Part shown: one piece after another, positions 11,528 through 24,673 of the stretch
Position numbering within the stretch: the stretch's first letter is position 1
Layout of the letters: every line of letters starts with the position of its first letter
Origin: Adineta vaga
Lineage: Eukaryota; Animalia; Rotifera
Reading direction: 5' to 3'
Length of the DNA stretch: 64,000 nt
NCBI GenBank assembly: GCA_021613535.1
Contig: CP075495.1
Location: forward strand, 9,300,001 to 9,364,000
Translations under genes and position numbers: made by a program
The notes under the pieces: model-generated
What the model was told of the DNA's origin: nothing
Database searches by the model: none
What the model saw: the letters and a program-made list of their open reading frames with translations, nothing else

Positions 11528-14500
11528 GGGAAATACGATGAGATGTTTGTCTCACATACTCGTCTCATCATACTCGACGCTTTCGTCAACAATAAAAAAA
11601 CGAGTAAAAGATTGCACAACCCTGTGAGAGAGAGAGAGAGATACGAAAGAGAAAGAGATACATGTCAGACAATCGATTTTACCTAGTACTAGTCTAACAG
11701 TGATGAACACTTGTTCTATATCATCAGTTGTCCATCTCACTTACAATTACAATTTACTATAGTATATGTTCGACATAATTACAATATGTTATATATAAGT
11801 AACACTCATCGAATACTCGAATGATTTATTTCTTGCCTATTTGAATACAAAAAGAAAACTATAACAAGAAATCTTTGTCGTATTGAAAGCATTAGTGCGG
11901 AAGATTTTTTTCTGTCAAAATAATTGTACATACTTCATCTCACTTGTTGTCGTCCAATACATAACACATAGGACAACAAACAGTAACGACAACGACCTAA
12001 TTAGTAGCGGCAAATGTGCACATGCATATAGATTTATTTTAGGGAATAGAAAGAAGTATGCCCGTAGTCGATGTCAATCTTTTTTGAGGTTGGTTTGAAC
12101 TTTTGAATAGATGAATAACACAAAGATGTGTGTATATGATATAGATAGACAGAATGAAGATCAAACAATAACAAGAATATATACATGAGAGAGAGAGAGA
12201 GTGAGCGTGCGGGAGCATAGGGGTGAGATTATCTTGTAACGTTCACTCTTCATATATAGAGAAATGATCTTGTTAATGAGGTTATACTGTATTGACCATT
12301 ATTACCAGAACCAGATGTTCTCGTTCCGAATTCAATCAATCGAAGGGACGTGTATGGAATGAAGAAAGGAAATAATTAGACAGAAGAAGGTGGGTGTATA
12401 CAACTTACAAACAAATCATTAGTCTAGTGGTTATGATACCTTATGCAAAATAAAACGCAAAGAAGAATAAGAAATGACGAACAGACGGTGACTGACCAAT
12501 GTCCAGTAACTGAAAATATGATTTATGATTAGTCGTTTGGTGTCTGTGGCAACAGTAATAGCTGATGCACAACTGTGAGCGCATGTGACTAAAAAACAAT
12601 TAGGCAATATTCCGACGAGACGACAGTTATTGAAATGGCGGATTACCAAAGAAAAGAAAGCGAGAGAAAGAGATCGAGTGAATATATGTATATATGCTAA
12701 GCTGCTCTTGCTATTTTTACCAGGCGACATACTGACTATTGTAAGTTTGAATAGAATAGTGAATATAAAAACACAATGACGATCGGGAATTGTCTAGAAC
12801 TGAAGATAAGACTTAAAATTGATTAAATCCTTTCTTTTTAGACTAATCTAACCAAAATATTATTGACTTTAATCAATAGTACTTGTCAACGATGTTCACT
12901 CTATACTAATCAGAAAAGAAAATCGAATTTACTCACATTTTCAAAAAAAAAAGTACTTCACACAAGAATCAATATTTAATGAAACCTTTCCATTTATGCT
13001 TGTATCAAATCTATCAGAAGTGTCATAAAAAAAGAAAAGAAAACTGAAAGTAAACTCATTTGTCTCACTCTCTTCCTTTTTTTTCTTCTTTAACAAATAC
13101 TTGATCTTGAACTGTATGTATATATACGTGTATATTCATATAGTTTGTCTTCATCTATTCAAATTGAAGGCCATACGAACAATTTTTCTAAGAGTACAAG
13201 AGTATGTCTACGTAATTGTACTTATCAACACACATCTATTTCTTATTACACACACACACACACATACTGCAAACATAACTATTTCGATCAGTGGACATTT
13301 GTCACGCATATAAACACATACACACAAATATTACATGTAACACTAGTCACCAAAGAACTCTAATCATAGTGCAATGAAACAGAAAATAAAATCTTCATCG
13401 ATATACTCAAGTATTTCTCTAAGAATGATGATGTCACCAAATGAAAATTATATTTCTTTCTTCTTTTTTTTCGGCTTGCTCTATGTATTAATATATCTGT
13501 CTATATATCAAAATGGCAGTTCTAATGATCAGAGTCATTGGATGTGATCGTATAGATATATATATATATGTCACATAACGATCAATCTTTGTCGATGATA
13601 ATGACAACTGTGTCTGAATGACAGAGACCTTGGTAACTTTCTATCTGTTCACATCTAAATGAATGTTTACACCTGATGATATCAGATAGATGAAGGTTAA
13701 GGAAAAAACTTCAAGGAAGATTAAGTAATGTGTCGAATATTTCATTTCATCTATATATGTCAATAAACAATGCTAAAGACATTAGAATGATTATTTGTTG
13801 TTTCATCTTCAAATGGTTTCTTATGTAAATGATCGAATTGGTTTTACAGCTGTTTAGATGTCTGTATGTGTTCATAAGACAAATAAACAAAATCAAGACG
13901 AGCGATACCAATTAAATTTGGTGTGAATAGAAAAAATAAAAGGCTAATCATATACATTTAGAAGCCCGTTAGCGATATAGAACACACATGTGTTGTTATC
14001 ATATACATGCATGTCAAAGACGAAGAAAAATGATTTCCGTTCCAACATAAAACAATAACAAATCACTTTTACTATCAAGCCGGAAATGAAGCTTAAAGAA
14101 GAAGAAGAAGAAAAATCATACCTAATTATCATCAGAAATAAACCGATCATTTTAAAAACTTGACATAAAACGTTCATTTTTTTCTTTTGTCTTTACTTTC
14201 TATTCACTTTACAAGATAGGGAACAATGACACGTGTGTACATATGCTATCAATTTTAATCGTATCGGGTGTATATATATATATACTTACTTACTTACTTG
14301 AATGTGTAAAACAGGCGCGTAAGCGCGTTGATGTGAAGAGAGACAACAGAGAGAAGGAGAGAGAGAGAAATGTTCAACGTATATGTATGTGTGGCACCGA
14401 AATGTTCATTCGGTCGCTCGTCGACGAGCTCTAAACGATAAGGAAAAGAAAACGGATGCTGCTCGTAAGAAAAAAGGAGGATTTTTTTATTCACATGCAA

Positions 14501-16665
14501 AAACGAAGGAGAAAAGAGTGAGAGAAAGGAAAAGATCGGAGGAAAGATACGAAAGAAACGGGAATGAGATCATTACGTAACATCGAACCACCACCAACCA
14601 CTACCGCGCTGCTGTCAAAGTGATTAATCATCATCGTTTCCTGCCATACTAAACATCCCGAAGAAGCCAAGTGAAGAAAGTTAGAAAGGGAATACAAAGG
14701 CGTGTCAGATATCAACGTTTATATTTCTTTTCTCTTTAGCTAACCTTGATTTATCCCAATTAATCGACATATTCTTCTCATAAGTGTTCTAATATTTACT
14801 TACAAATAGTTACGAGACAACACAAAGCGGAAGCATCATTTGTGCATGCGCACATCAACCTTGACTAGGTGTCACTTTAGAACGGAATTATACGACAGAC
14901 AAGCGGGCGGATGCGTTGTCATTCCCATGGTAATTGTCTTTTGCTAAAAAGGGGAGAGAAAAAGCAAAATCGGAAATATATATTTATTGTATATGTAAGC
15001 ATGAGGTACAATCTCAAATGTATATAAATAGTTTGCATTTTCTAACTTCTAATAGGACTTCGTATGTGCATGCATGCATGCTCATACATGCGTGCATACA
15101 ATAAAGCTGTTACACAACACATCTTTTTTTTTTAATATTATATGTATCCGAAAGAAAAACCTCCAAGGATCCATTAGAAAAAGCTCGATGTTTCGAAAAA
15201 ATCCAATTTACACCGACAGGACATGAAGACAAGTTTGCTGCTTGTAATTGACTCGTACAATGTGCGTGGTTTGTTGAATACCAAAAAAAAGAAAAAAAAG
15301 AAAGGAAATTAGCGAGCGGAATAGAAAAAGTTGAGCAAGATTAACGTGCGTGTCAAGTTCGACGTTACTGCTTGTTACTCTTTTAACTGAATATGATGAC
15401 AAAGCTCTAGACCAATTAACCAATACACGATTGAACGAAAAATGAAAAGGTCGCCGACTATTTCCTGTTTAAGCATCATGACTGGAGGTCATGAGCGACC
15501 TTTTTTCTTTTTAAGTAAATTAAAATCAATTATTTCCTTGGCTATCTAGATTCTATTTCGATGTCGATTAATAAGATTTTACATGACTTATATGCATCTG
15601 TTGAGTCTGTTTTCTCTTTCTATCTTTCTTTCTTTTTATAATGAAAATTATCATAACAATGTTTCTAGAGAACGAAAAAAGATTTAGGAAAAAAATCCGA
15701 CCTTGCTACTATGATGATTATTGTCGAGCAAATTCAATTTAGATAATACTCTTATTGACTAACATCAAATCGAACAAACTACTCGTTTTCTTCTAACTAC
15801 ATATATAAATACAAATTACGGATCGAAAGAAATTAGAAAATTAAAATAACTTCATTCTATTTTACCTTCCAGTCATGAATATATTTAAAAAAAAAAGAAA
15901 TAGTCTGGTCTAATCTTGTTGAGTAGACCATGATGATATGATATACAAAATAAATTGTGTGTATGTATTGTGGTGTCTCTCATTTTTTTTTCTGTCACCC
16001 TCAAGTTGAACTCGCTTAAGGGCAAATATATCAACGATGTATGGACGCTGCCAATAATGACAACGACAAGAAGGATGATGATGGTGATGATGATGACTTT
16101 GATTGTATTTTTAATATGTATATGAGAGACACATACATATGGCCTCGTCTTCGGATAGAGAGAGAGAGAAAAAAACGAGAGACAGAATGACTATGTGTGA
16201 CAAATAGATTCAAACTGAGACAGAGAAAGGAAATTCAATTGACGCCTGCTTCTCGATCACTGACCGATAGGATAGACGATGGCACGCATTACATTTTTTT
16301 TGCTCTATTTCGATAGATTTCATTAGACACAACGAATGATTCCAATGTCCATTATCTTTATATTCTTTCTTGCATGTTCAATTCATACAGTCAATCCAGA
16401 AAAAAAATAGAAAACTAGGATAATGTTGTAAGAAGAAACGATCGATGATGTGCAATCATTGTCAAGGCAAACGAATAAATCTTTGATCTCAAGAATTTGT
16501 AGCTCTAATGAAGAAAAATGTCAGCTGTCATCAAAATGTCATTTAGATGATATTTATAAAACAAGCAAGAAAGAAAAATAGACTAGATATCGACAATCAA
16601 TATATAATTTCTATACATACAGATAGTGCATAACAGACGAAAGAGAGAACAATTGAATCTTAATA

Positions 16666-17377
16666 ATGCATACACAAAAACTCGTTTTTATCTTTTTTCT
16701 ATTCATTATTTCAATAGTGGCACAACGTGACAAGAAAAAACTATGTTTACATAATTTAGTTATCAATGGTACAAATTTAATTACTGGACATCGTAAACAA
16801 TTATTAGTATTAAGTGTCATCAATTTCAATAATCCATCATCTCGAACACAAGCAAATAGGTAATGATAAGAAAGATTTCATCTCATGAAGGATTCTACAA
16901 CTATATATATATATATATGTGTTTTGCTCGTTTACAAACATTCAGATTCGCATTTTCTTTCTCGTTTATTAACTAGATTTCTTGATTTATATCGTGAACT
17001 TGAACGTCAGCATATACGTGATTCAGTTGTTCGTTTAATTCTCATTAATGAACAAGATGCAGCTGAACATTTTGGCGGAAATAAATTTGGTAATATAAAA
17101 CTCTTTCAAGATAATCCACAAGATCGTATCGTAAAAAGATTACATCAGAATGGTCATACATTGAATAATTATGTCTTTGGAAGGTTGTTAGAAACATTTA
17201 TCATGTCATCAGAATATTTTCTTCTAAACCTTCTTGTTCTTTAGATGTGGTTATATGATATATACTCAAGAATATCCAAATTCCGATCTTGACAATCTGA
17301 AAAATTATGAAGAACTTCTTCGTATTATCACGACAGCTGTAAAAAATAAACGACGTTGTCAAAATATATGCAGTTAA
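16666..17377 (+). CDS. Secreted Selenoprotein-P N-terminal (thioredoxin-like) domain homologue lacking the UxxC motif
   Basis: Exons 16666-16859, 16977-17183 and 17245-17377 splice in frame. Signal peptide, then QANRFLDLYREL..LILINEQ..LFQD..YVFGRCGYMIY..YP.S.L..YEE..RRCQNICS*, which follows SelP_N motifs (QASKLEDL, VVNHQ, VYQQ, IYDRCGRLVY, CEKKCGNCS). Confidence 0.7.
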
Positions 17378-18388
17378 AAATTAAAACATATCAACAAGGT
17401 TTTGTTTTCATTGCAGTGTCTATTGAAAGATTTGAAGTGTCAGTTTTGTTTTGCATATTATTTGTTTCTCACGTGTGATTTAACACATTAAATTTAACAA
17501 TAACATTGGATTCTTTTTATCGTTAATCTTTGGATTAAAGAAACCATTTTTATAGAATAAAATTATGTTAAAAGTTTTGATATTTGAAAGTTAACTTTCC
17601 AAACCAAAGAATTTGTCTTCGGTATTTATAATTGAGCTATGAATGAATAGAACATTGATGAAGTAATCTGTTGATTTTCTGCTTACATAACGAGCCATCA
17701 TTATCTTTTTGACATTAAGATATTACCTTGAAAGAAAGTTTTCCTTAGTTTTTCCGGTATCAATCAAAGAATAAGATGTACTTATATTCCGATTTAAATA
17801 TTCTCATATTTCGTTCAATTTATTCAATATAATTCATGTATATATATATATGTTTAAAATAGAGGAAATAAGTTTCTTGCATGCGGATATGTGCACAAGA
17901 GTGCATTCATTACAAAGTAGAAGAAAGAGAAGAAAAAAAACTGAATTAGATCAACGTACACAGCACGGACACAGAGAGAGAAAAAAGCAAATAGAGAAAG
18001 AGAGTTGAAAAGTTTCTTGACTGGAAATAAATGCACACTAAGTTACACAATAAGCATTAAGAAAACTCATTCATCCTATCTTTTCTTTTCTTTCGATAAG
18101 AAGCCGAACAAAAAGGTTTTTTTTTCTTTGAGCTTGTCCATTAATTAATCATATTGACTAGAGATTGACCTCCGCTAGTCGTTCTTTTTTCAATTAAAGA
18201 TTATTACACCATACAGAAAAAAAAACGACAATGTACAACAACGAGAATGAGAGAGGGGGAGGAAGAATTATGTAAGGGTATTAGAAACGAAAAGAATTTT
18301 TTCTATAGATTAAAAAAACTGAATAAACACCACGACAATACTAAAGAATATAACGTGAGACAGTCATATATATATATGTATATATTAA

Positions 18389-21300
18389 TTAAGGTTTCTC
18401 TTTATTGTTTGATTCTTTTTTTTCTTTGCGTTTTTTGAGAAATGACGGTGTACGAAATTTCGATTTCTTTTCTTTCTTAGAATCATCACCACCTTTACTA
18501 CCGCTTGTTCGTCGTGTTGGTGATACCTATATAAGACAAAAAAAAACATAATCAGATAAAATCAAATGAAATAATAAGCTTTTTCAAGAAAAGTATATTG
18601 TTGCAGTACTTTCAAACATGCCATCAATATGTGCGGAAATGTGTGTGTGTCAATAGTAGAGAGAAACGTTTAGAAGTACAATCGAAATGGCAAACATTGC
18701 GAAAAGTTTTCTCTTCATTGTTTAGCAAAAGAAAAATATAAATATTTATAAGCAAGAAGATGAGCAAAATGATATGTATGTGCATGTCAATGTGTATGTG
18801 TATAAGTGTGTACTGACCACACTCTGAGCTCGTGTTGGCACCGTTGACGATGCAGGAGATGTTAACTGTAGATAAGAATATGTTTTGTTTTTAGTTATGA
18901 TATTTAAATATTTTCAATCTATGCTCTTTGAAAAGATTTATTTAGAAATAAAATGTACCTCACGACTTGATGCCGCTGATGATGATGTTGCTGATTTCAT
19001 TATTTCCGATTTATTTGTTGCCACTTCTACATAAAAGAAATAGTAATCAATTCAATCTTTTTCTTCAATAAAAAACAAATAAAAAAAACGAAGTTGTAAT
19101 CAAAACGTACTTGCAGCAGCACTAGTACTGCGAGAAACAATAGTACGACCTTCATTCTCTCCATCATTGCCTAAAACAACATGCATACATGCATATTCAT
19201 GCAGAATTTATTCCTTTCATCTATTCACATACTCTGTCCAGATAAAGTAGCACTTCGAGGTAGTGTCACAGTTTTTTCCGGTGATGAAAAATTTTGACCA
19301 TCAGCGCCATTAATAGTTCGGCCTGGGAAAAAGATTTTTCAATCATACATATTTACATACGTGAGAAAAAACAACGATAATAGTACATTTCTTTCTCTCT
19401 CTCTCTCTCATTCGTTCGTTCGTTTAATGGTATATTATAAATCGTGAAGCACCTGTAAGTAAATAGTCATTTTCAAATGGTAAATGTTAGGTGAATAACC
19501 TTGAATACTAATGTTAACCTTGAAAATATGTAAAACGAAAGAAAATATAACACATTACAATAGAGACAGTCAGAAAATGTATATATGTATGTGTATATAA
19601 TTATTTTTTTGTGTTGATAAAAAGAAAAAAAATGAGAAATGGCAGCGACAGCCTGTAGCGAGAGATTATGCACTCTATTTTTGGACAAATGTGTAGTTAA
19701 AAATGGCACGAAATGAAATATTAAATGTGAAAAAAAGAATTGAGGCATACTAAGATAAAGACTATAATATTGAAATTGGAAAAAAAGAAAGAAAGAAAGA
19801 GAGAGCACAGACGATAGCACGAAAGTTCAAACTAGAATATATGTGAGAAACAGAAGAAAAGACTTGATTTATACATATGAAGACATACTGTTCACATAAT
19901 TGATTTAGCAGAAACGAATAGAAAAAAAAGAGAGACAAAGATTTTAGACCGGACCACGTACAACAGGTCGGCCATAGTTCTCATCAGTGAGACTACTTAA
20001 TGGATTGGTAGTTGCACGAGTAATATCATTACGAGATGTTGGAATATTGGATGAAGGAGCATTGCCAAGAACAGCACGACGAGATGGAAATGTATTTGCA
20101 ATAAGCATATCCGAACCAAGACTTGAAGTTGATGGACTTCGTTCAACATATTTTGATGAATTTATTGATGGTTTCATCGAAGTATTTTCGTAGATAACTG
20201 CTTGTCTTCCATCATCATAAGTATCTGTTGCATCATTTTGAAGGTTATAATAAGTACGAGGTGAAACAATTCGTCGTCGATTATCATTCTCAATAACATA
20301 TTCGTCAAGATCACCATCAACATCTTCATCATTCTCAGGTAGATTTGTTCGACTATCACTTGTTCTTGTTGGTACACGAACATAACGTGATGAAGCTTCA
20401 TCTGGTGGTTCTTCACTTTCTTCAACAAGTTGTTCAGCATCAGCTGCTGGCATTTTTTGACTTAAATATTCTAAGTATTCATCTCGATTGGAATATTTTA
20501 ACATACGACGAACAGTTCGTGGTGATACATCTGGATGTTCAGAAGAAAGATATTGAGCAAGATTTTCATAATAGGCGTCACCTTCACCCTTGTTATGCAC
20601 ATGGACAGGCGCTTCACGTAAGGCTATATCTCGATAATGATGTGGTGCAATCAATTGTGGTCGTGTAGGTCGTACAGGATAACGACTTGGTAACATCATT
20701 ACATAGGCAGGGTCAGCACCAAGAACGGCATCATGTTCATACATATATTGAACATAGAAACGTGTTTTACGATCCGATGATAACATTGTTTCATCATCAG
20801 GTATTACTAATATACGTGGTTTTGGACATAATGTTGTTTGTACTTGAGCACGATCAGTTTCTAATTTTGTTAAATATGGATTATCATTCATTTTGCCTCG
20901 ACTTAACATTTCAGGATGTATACGTGTTAATTCATTAATTGTTACACCTTTTTTCTGATCATTTTCAACATAACCCAAAACATCGAGGTATGGTGCAACA
21001 TTACGAAGTGCATGAACTTCACAATTAACACCATGTTTATGTGCTTCTTTTTGCCATCCTAATGAATAATTATCTAAATTTAAATATCGTGCATCACCAC
21101 GGCCGTCCTTTGAATAGAGCATTCGTTGATCATCAGTAAACCATGGATGTCCTATAGTTGATGTGGATAAACTTCCAACTGATTTCGATTGACGTAATAA
21201 AGGTAAGAGAGCTGGTCCATTAGGTTGACTTGTATGACGTCCAGCTAATGTCATCGAACCATTCAGACCAGTTTGTACGAAATCTTGATTTTGAATAGAT

Positions 21301-24300
21301 ATATCATTATCAATATCGATTGTTTCACGATGTAATTGATTAGCACGATCAATTAATTCTTTTGATAATTCAAATGAACTTCTACCAATAGTTATAATTA
21401 AACCACCTGCTTTATTCGATTGAACTTTACCAATACGATCAATTAAACGTGCAACAATTGTACCTGTACGATGTGGTGACATATTAATTGTTTCAATTGC
21501 ATTAATAGCTTCAATACGTGGTACAACAATTTCATCTTCATTCATTTTTATAACTAGACGACCAAGATCATCTTGATAGATAGAACCAGCACGATAAATA
21601 TAATTAGCCAGCATAAGTAATGGATCAATGGCATAACCATTGGATGCATCAGGTGGTTGAATATTTAATGTGGATGTTGAGGAGGTTTTTTGTATTTGTC
21701 TTAATGATTTATTAAATGGAAAAAGTAATTTTAATTTTGGATCATCCGATGTTTTTGTAGTTGTGTCTGCTCCTCCTCCCATTAATGATCTTGTTACTTT
21801 TGATGACATCAATTGTTTTTGTTGTGGTAAACGTAATCGTTGATTATCAAGTATAATTACTAAATATTTTCCATCTTCTTCTTCATAGATATCATCAGCA
21901 AATCTTACAAGTAATTCAGCAATCGTTTGTCCATTGACAGGACCAAGTAGTTGTGAACCAATACTACTTGGTATAAGAAAACGTTCACCATTTCTTAACG
22001 ATAAAATAATTGTTCGATCAGCACGTTGTAAAAATCGTCCATTTAATGATAAAATTTCTCCTAAAATACGTACAATACGTTGTTCATTCGTTTCACCAAG
22101 TGCTTCATCCCAATCACGTATATAAGAATTAAATCGATAGATTCTTCCATCATCAAAATGACGATATTCAATATCTGTTCGCTCAGCATTCAATGTAAAA
22201 CGACCATGATTAACTAAATAATCAATTAAACTCTGTTTTGTTACAGGTAATACAGGATTTCGTATGACCAATTGTTGTCTATTATCAGGTGTCATTGAAA
22301 GTACTAATGTACGCGAATCGTTGTCAATATTAATTGAATTCGATTGATCAAGTTTTTCTAATAAATGATTTGCACAACGTATTTGATTTTCTGGTGTTGT
22401 TAAATCAATTTTCGATAATAATGTAATTGTTCTTGATGATAAACCAAAACGTTTAACTATTGATGATAATGCTGATTGAGTTGGTGGTGGTCCTTTGTGT
22501 GGATTAATTAATGGAAAATCATAGGTTTTATTTTTATGCGTTAAACGTATGTAACCTTCCCGTGTATTACCAATTGTTTCAGAATTACTTAATAACCATT
22601 GTGATAAATCACGACTATCAAATGGTAAAACATTACTACCTGTTGTATTTAGCAATCGTGTATCAACAATTGCACGTATATGATCCAATGGAATAGTTAA
22701 TGTTTGATTAGAAAAATGAATTTGAACTAATTTTAAACGTTTATTACATGCGATCAAGCCATGACGATACATATGATCAATTGTAGCATGATAACGTTCA
22801 AGAAATTCTTCTTGAGTTTCTTGTGCTAAACGTGTACGAAATCGTTCATCATTTTCATCTGTTGTTATTGTTGTTGTATTATTTGATTGATTACGAGTAA
22901 ATCGTTGACCTAATGAACGTATAACATCTGACATATTTTGTGATGGTGAAGCTGTTTTTGTTGGAACAATTGATGGTGGAAATTGAACATATTGATTATT
23001 ATAATGTAGTAGCCAATTTCCGAATTCATCTTGTTTTATTTGACCATGTTTAAGTAATAAACGTGTAACATCTTGTCGTCGATATTTATTTTCATGAATA
23101 AAATCACTATGTTCAGGTGTAAGATATAATTGTGAACCATCCGATTGATTTTCTAAAACAAGTAAATTATTTGTATTATCACGTTGAATTCCATCTTGTT
23201 TGTTAATGATTTCAACATATTGTTCGATTAAATCTTGCTTTTGTTTACTAGATAATTTAATTGTTTGAAGATTTGTTGCTGGTGTTGTTGGTGCTGATGG
23301 TACTCGTGGAACTTGTAATGAATATGTACGACCATCAAAAAGAAATGTATCTTGTTCAATTCTACCACCATTAACAAGTAACATATCAATGATATGAGCA
23401 CGATCAAAACCATGAGCTGCTGCTTGACGATACCAACGTGTTGGTAATTCTAATCGATGATTTGGATCATGAAGAAATTCTAATTCAATACGTTCATTTT
23501 CTTCATCAACATGAATATGACGTATATGAGATGAAAGAACTTGACGTTGACCAACACGTTCAACCGAATCAATTTCATCGTCCAAAGGTATATCTGGTGC
23601 AACATACCGATATGCATAATTACCTGTATCGACATCATATCGAACATGTCCATTGCGAAATAGATAATCAGCAACAACACGTTGATCATTTGTTGGTGGC
23701 ATATGTTCATATGGAACATGAAGAACTTGTGTATGTTCTCCATCGAATAGATCAATTTCAGTTTCACGATTTTGTCCATCAGTTCTTACTTCTTGTATAA
23801 TAGATCGCAACCATAATAGTTCATTTCTATCTAACGAAATTCGTTGTGTACCAAATGTTAAATGTCCATCGGAGAAGTGAAGATAATTGAAGGAAAGTAA
23901 TATTCGTGCAATATCATTCATACCAATGATTTCAGGTTCATCGGATGGTTTTGCTGTATTAATTTTATTTTCCATATAGACATCAACATCATCATGATTG
24001 ATGAAGATTTGCTGTTCTTGATCATCCTCACCATTTGGAAGAATAACAATATCATTTTGTTCAGTAATTGTAATAAGTTTATCTCGATTTAATTGATCAA
24101 GCCATTGGGTTACAGTATTGACTTGATCTTCACTAAAATTGGGTGCTGATGATGTTTTTGTTGATGTTAATCGAAGTTTTTTTGCTGAAGGTTGAAATAA
24201 TTTTTGTTTTAAATTCTTTAATTTCAACATTTGTCCACGATAATATATAAGAAGCTCTTGTTTGTCGTTATCAAATTCAATTTTATCAAATATACGATCA

Positions 24301-24640
24301 ACTAAATATTGTGCACAAGCGTCAATATCTAAATCAAGATCTTCATGAAGGATTCTTGTATCATCTTCATTAAATTCAATTTGTTGTTGTTGTTGTGAAA
24401 GAGGAGAATTGTCAGTTAACGAAAGCCTTAAGCGACGACCTTGAATGAGTTCGAGCGTGCCAACATTACTACCATTTGCATTGACAAAGTGCAACAGTGA
24501 AGCAATACTTTCAAGGAGTAATACGCGTTCTCTACCGTCGTTGTCGTCGTTGGTTTTTATTTTTTTCTGTTCTTCTCGTTCGAGTGAAGGGGAGGTAGAA
24601 TGTTCGTTGTGATATTCTTTTTCTTTTTCTCTTTCTACTT

Positions 24641-24673
<33 letters not shown>

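Noticed and set aside
15062-15087. Near-palindrome built around (GCAT)n
   Set aside because: A self-complementary tetranucleotide repeat explains it; there is no evidence for a miRNA or other structured RNA.
11056-16213. Many 60-100 aa ORFs upstream of Robo
   Set aside because: They translate microsatellites (GA, TA, CA, TTC), show no domain motifs and have no consistent splice structure.
17378-17800. SECIS element downstream of the SelP-like gene
   Set aside because: The CDS has no in-frame TGA, and I could not identify a convincing SECIS stem-loop.
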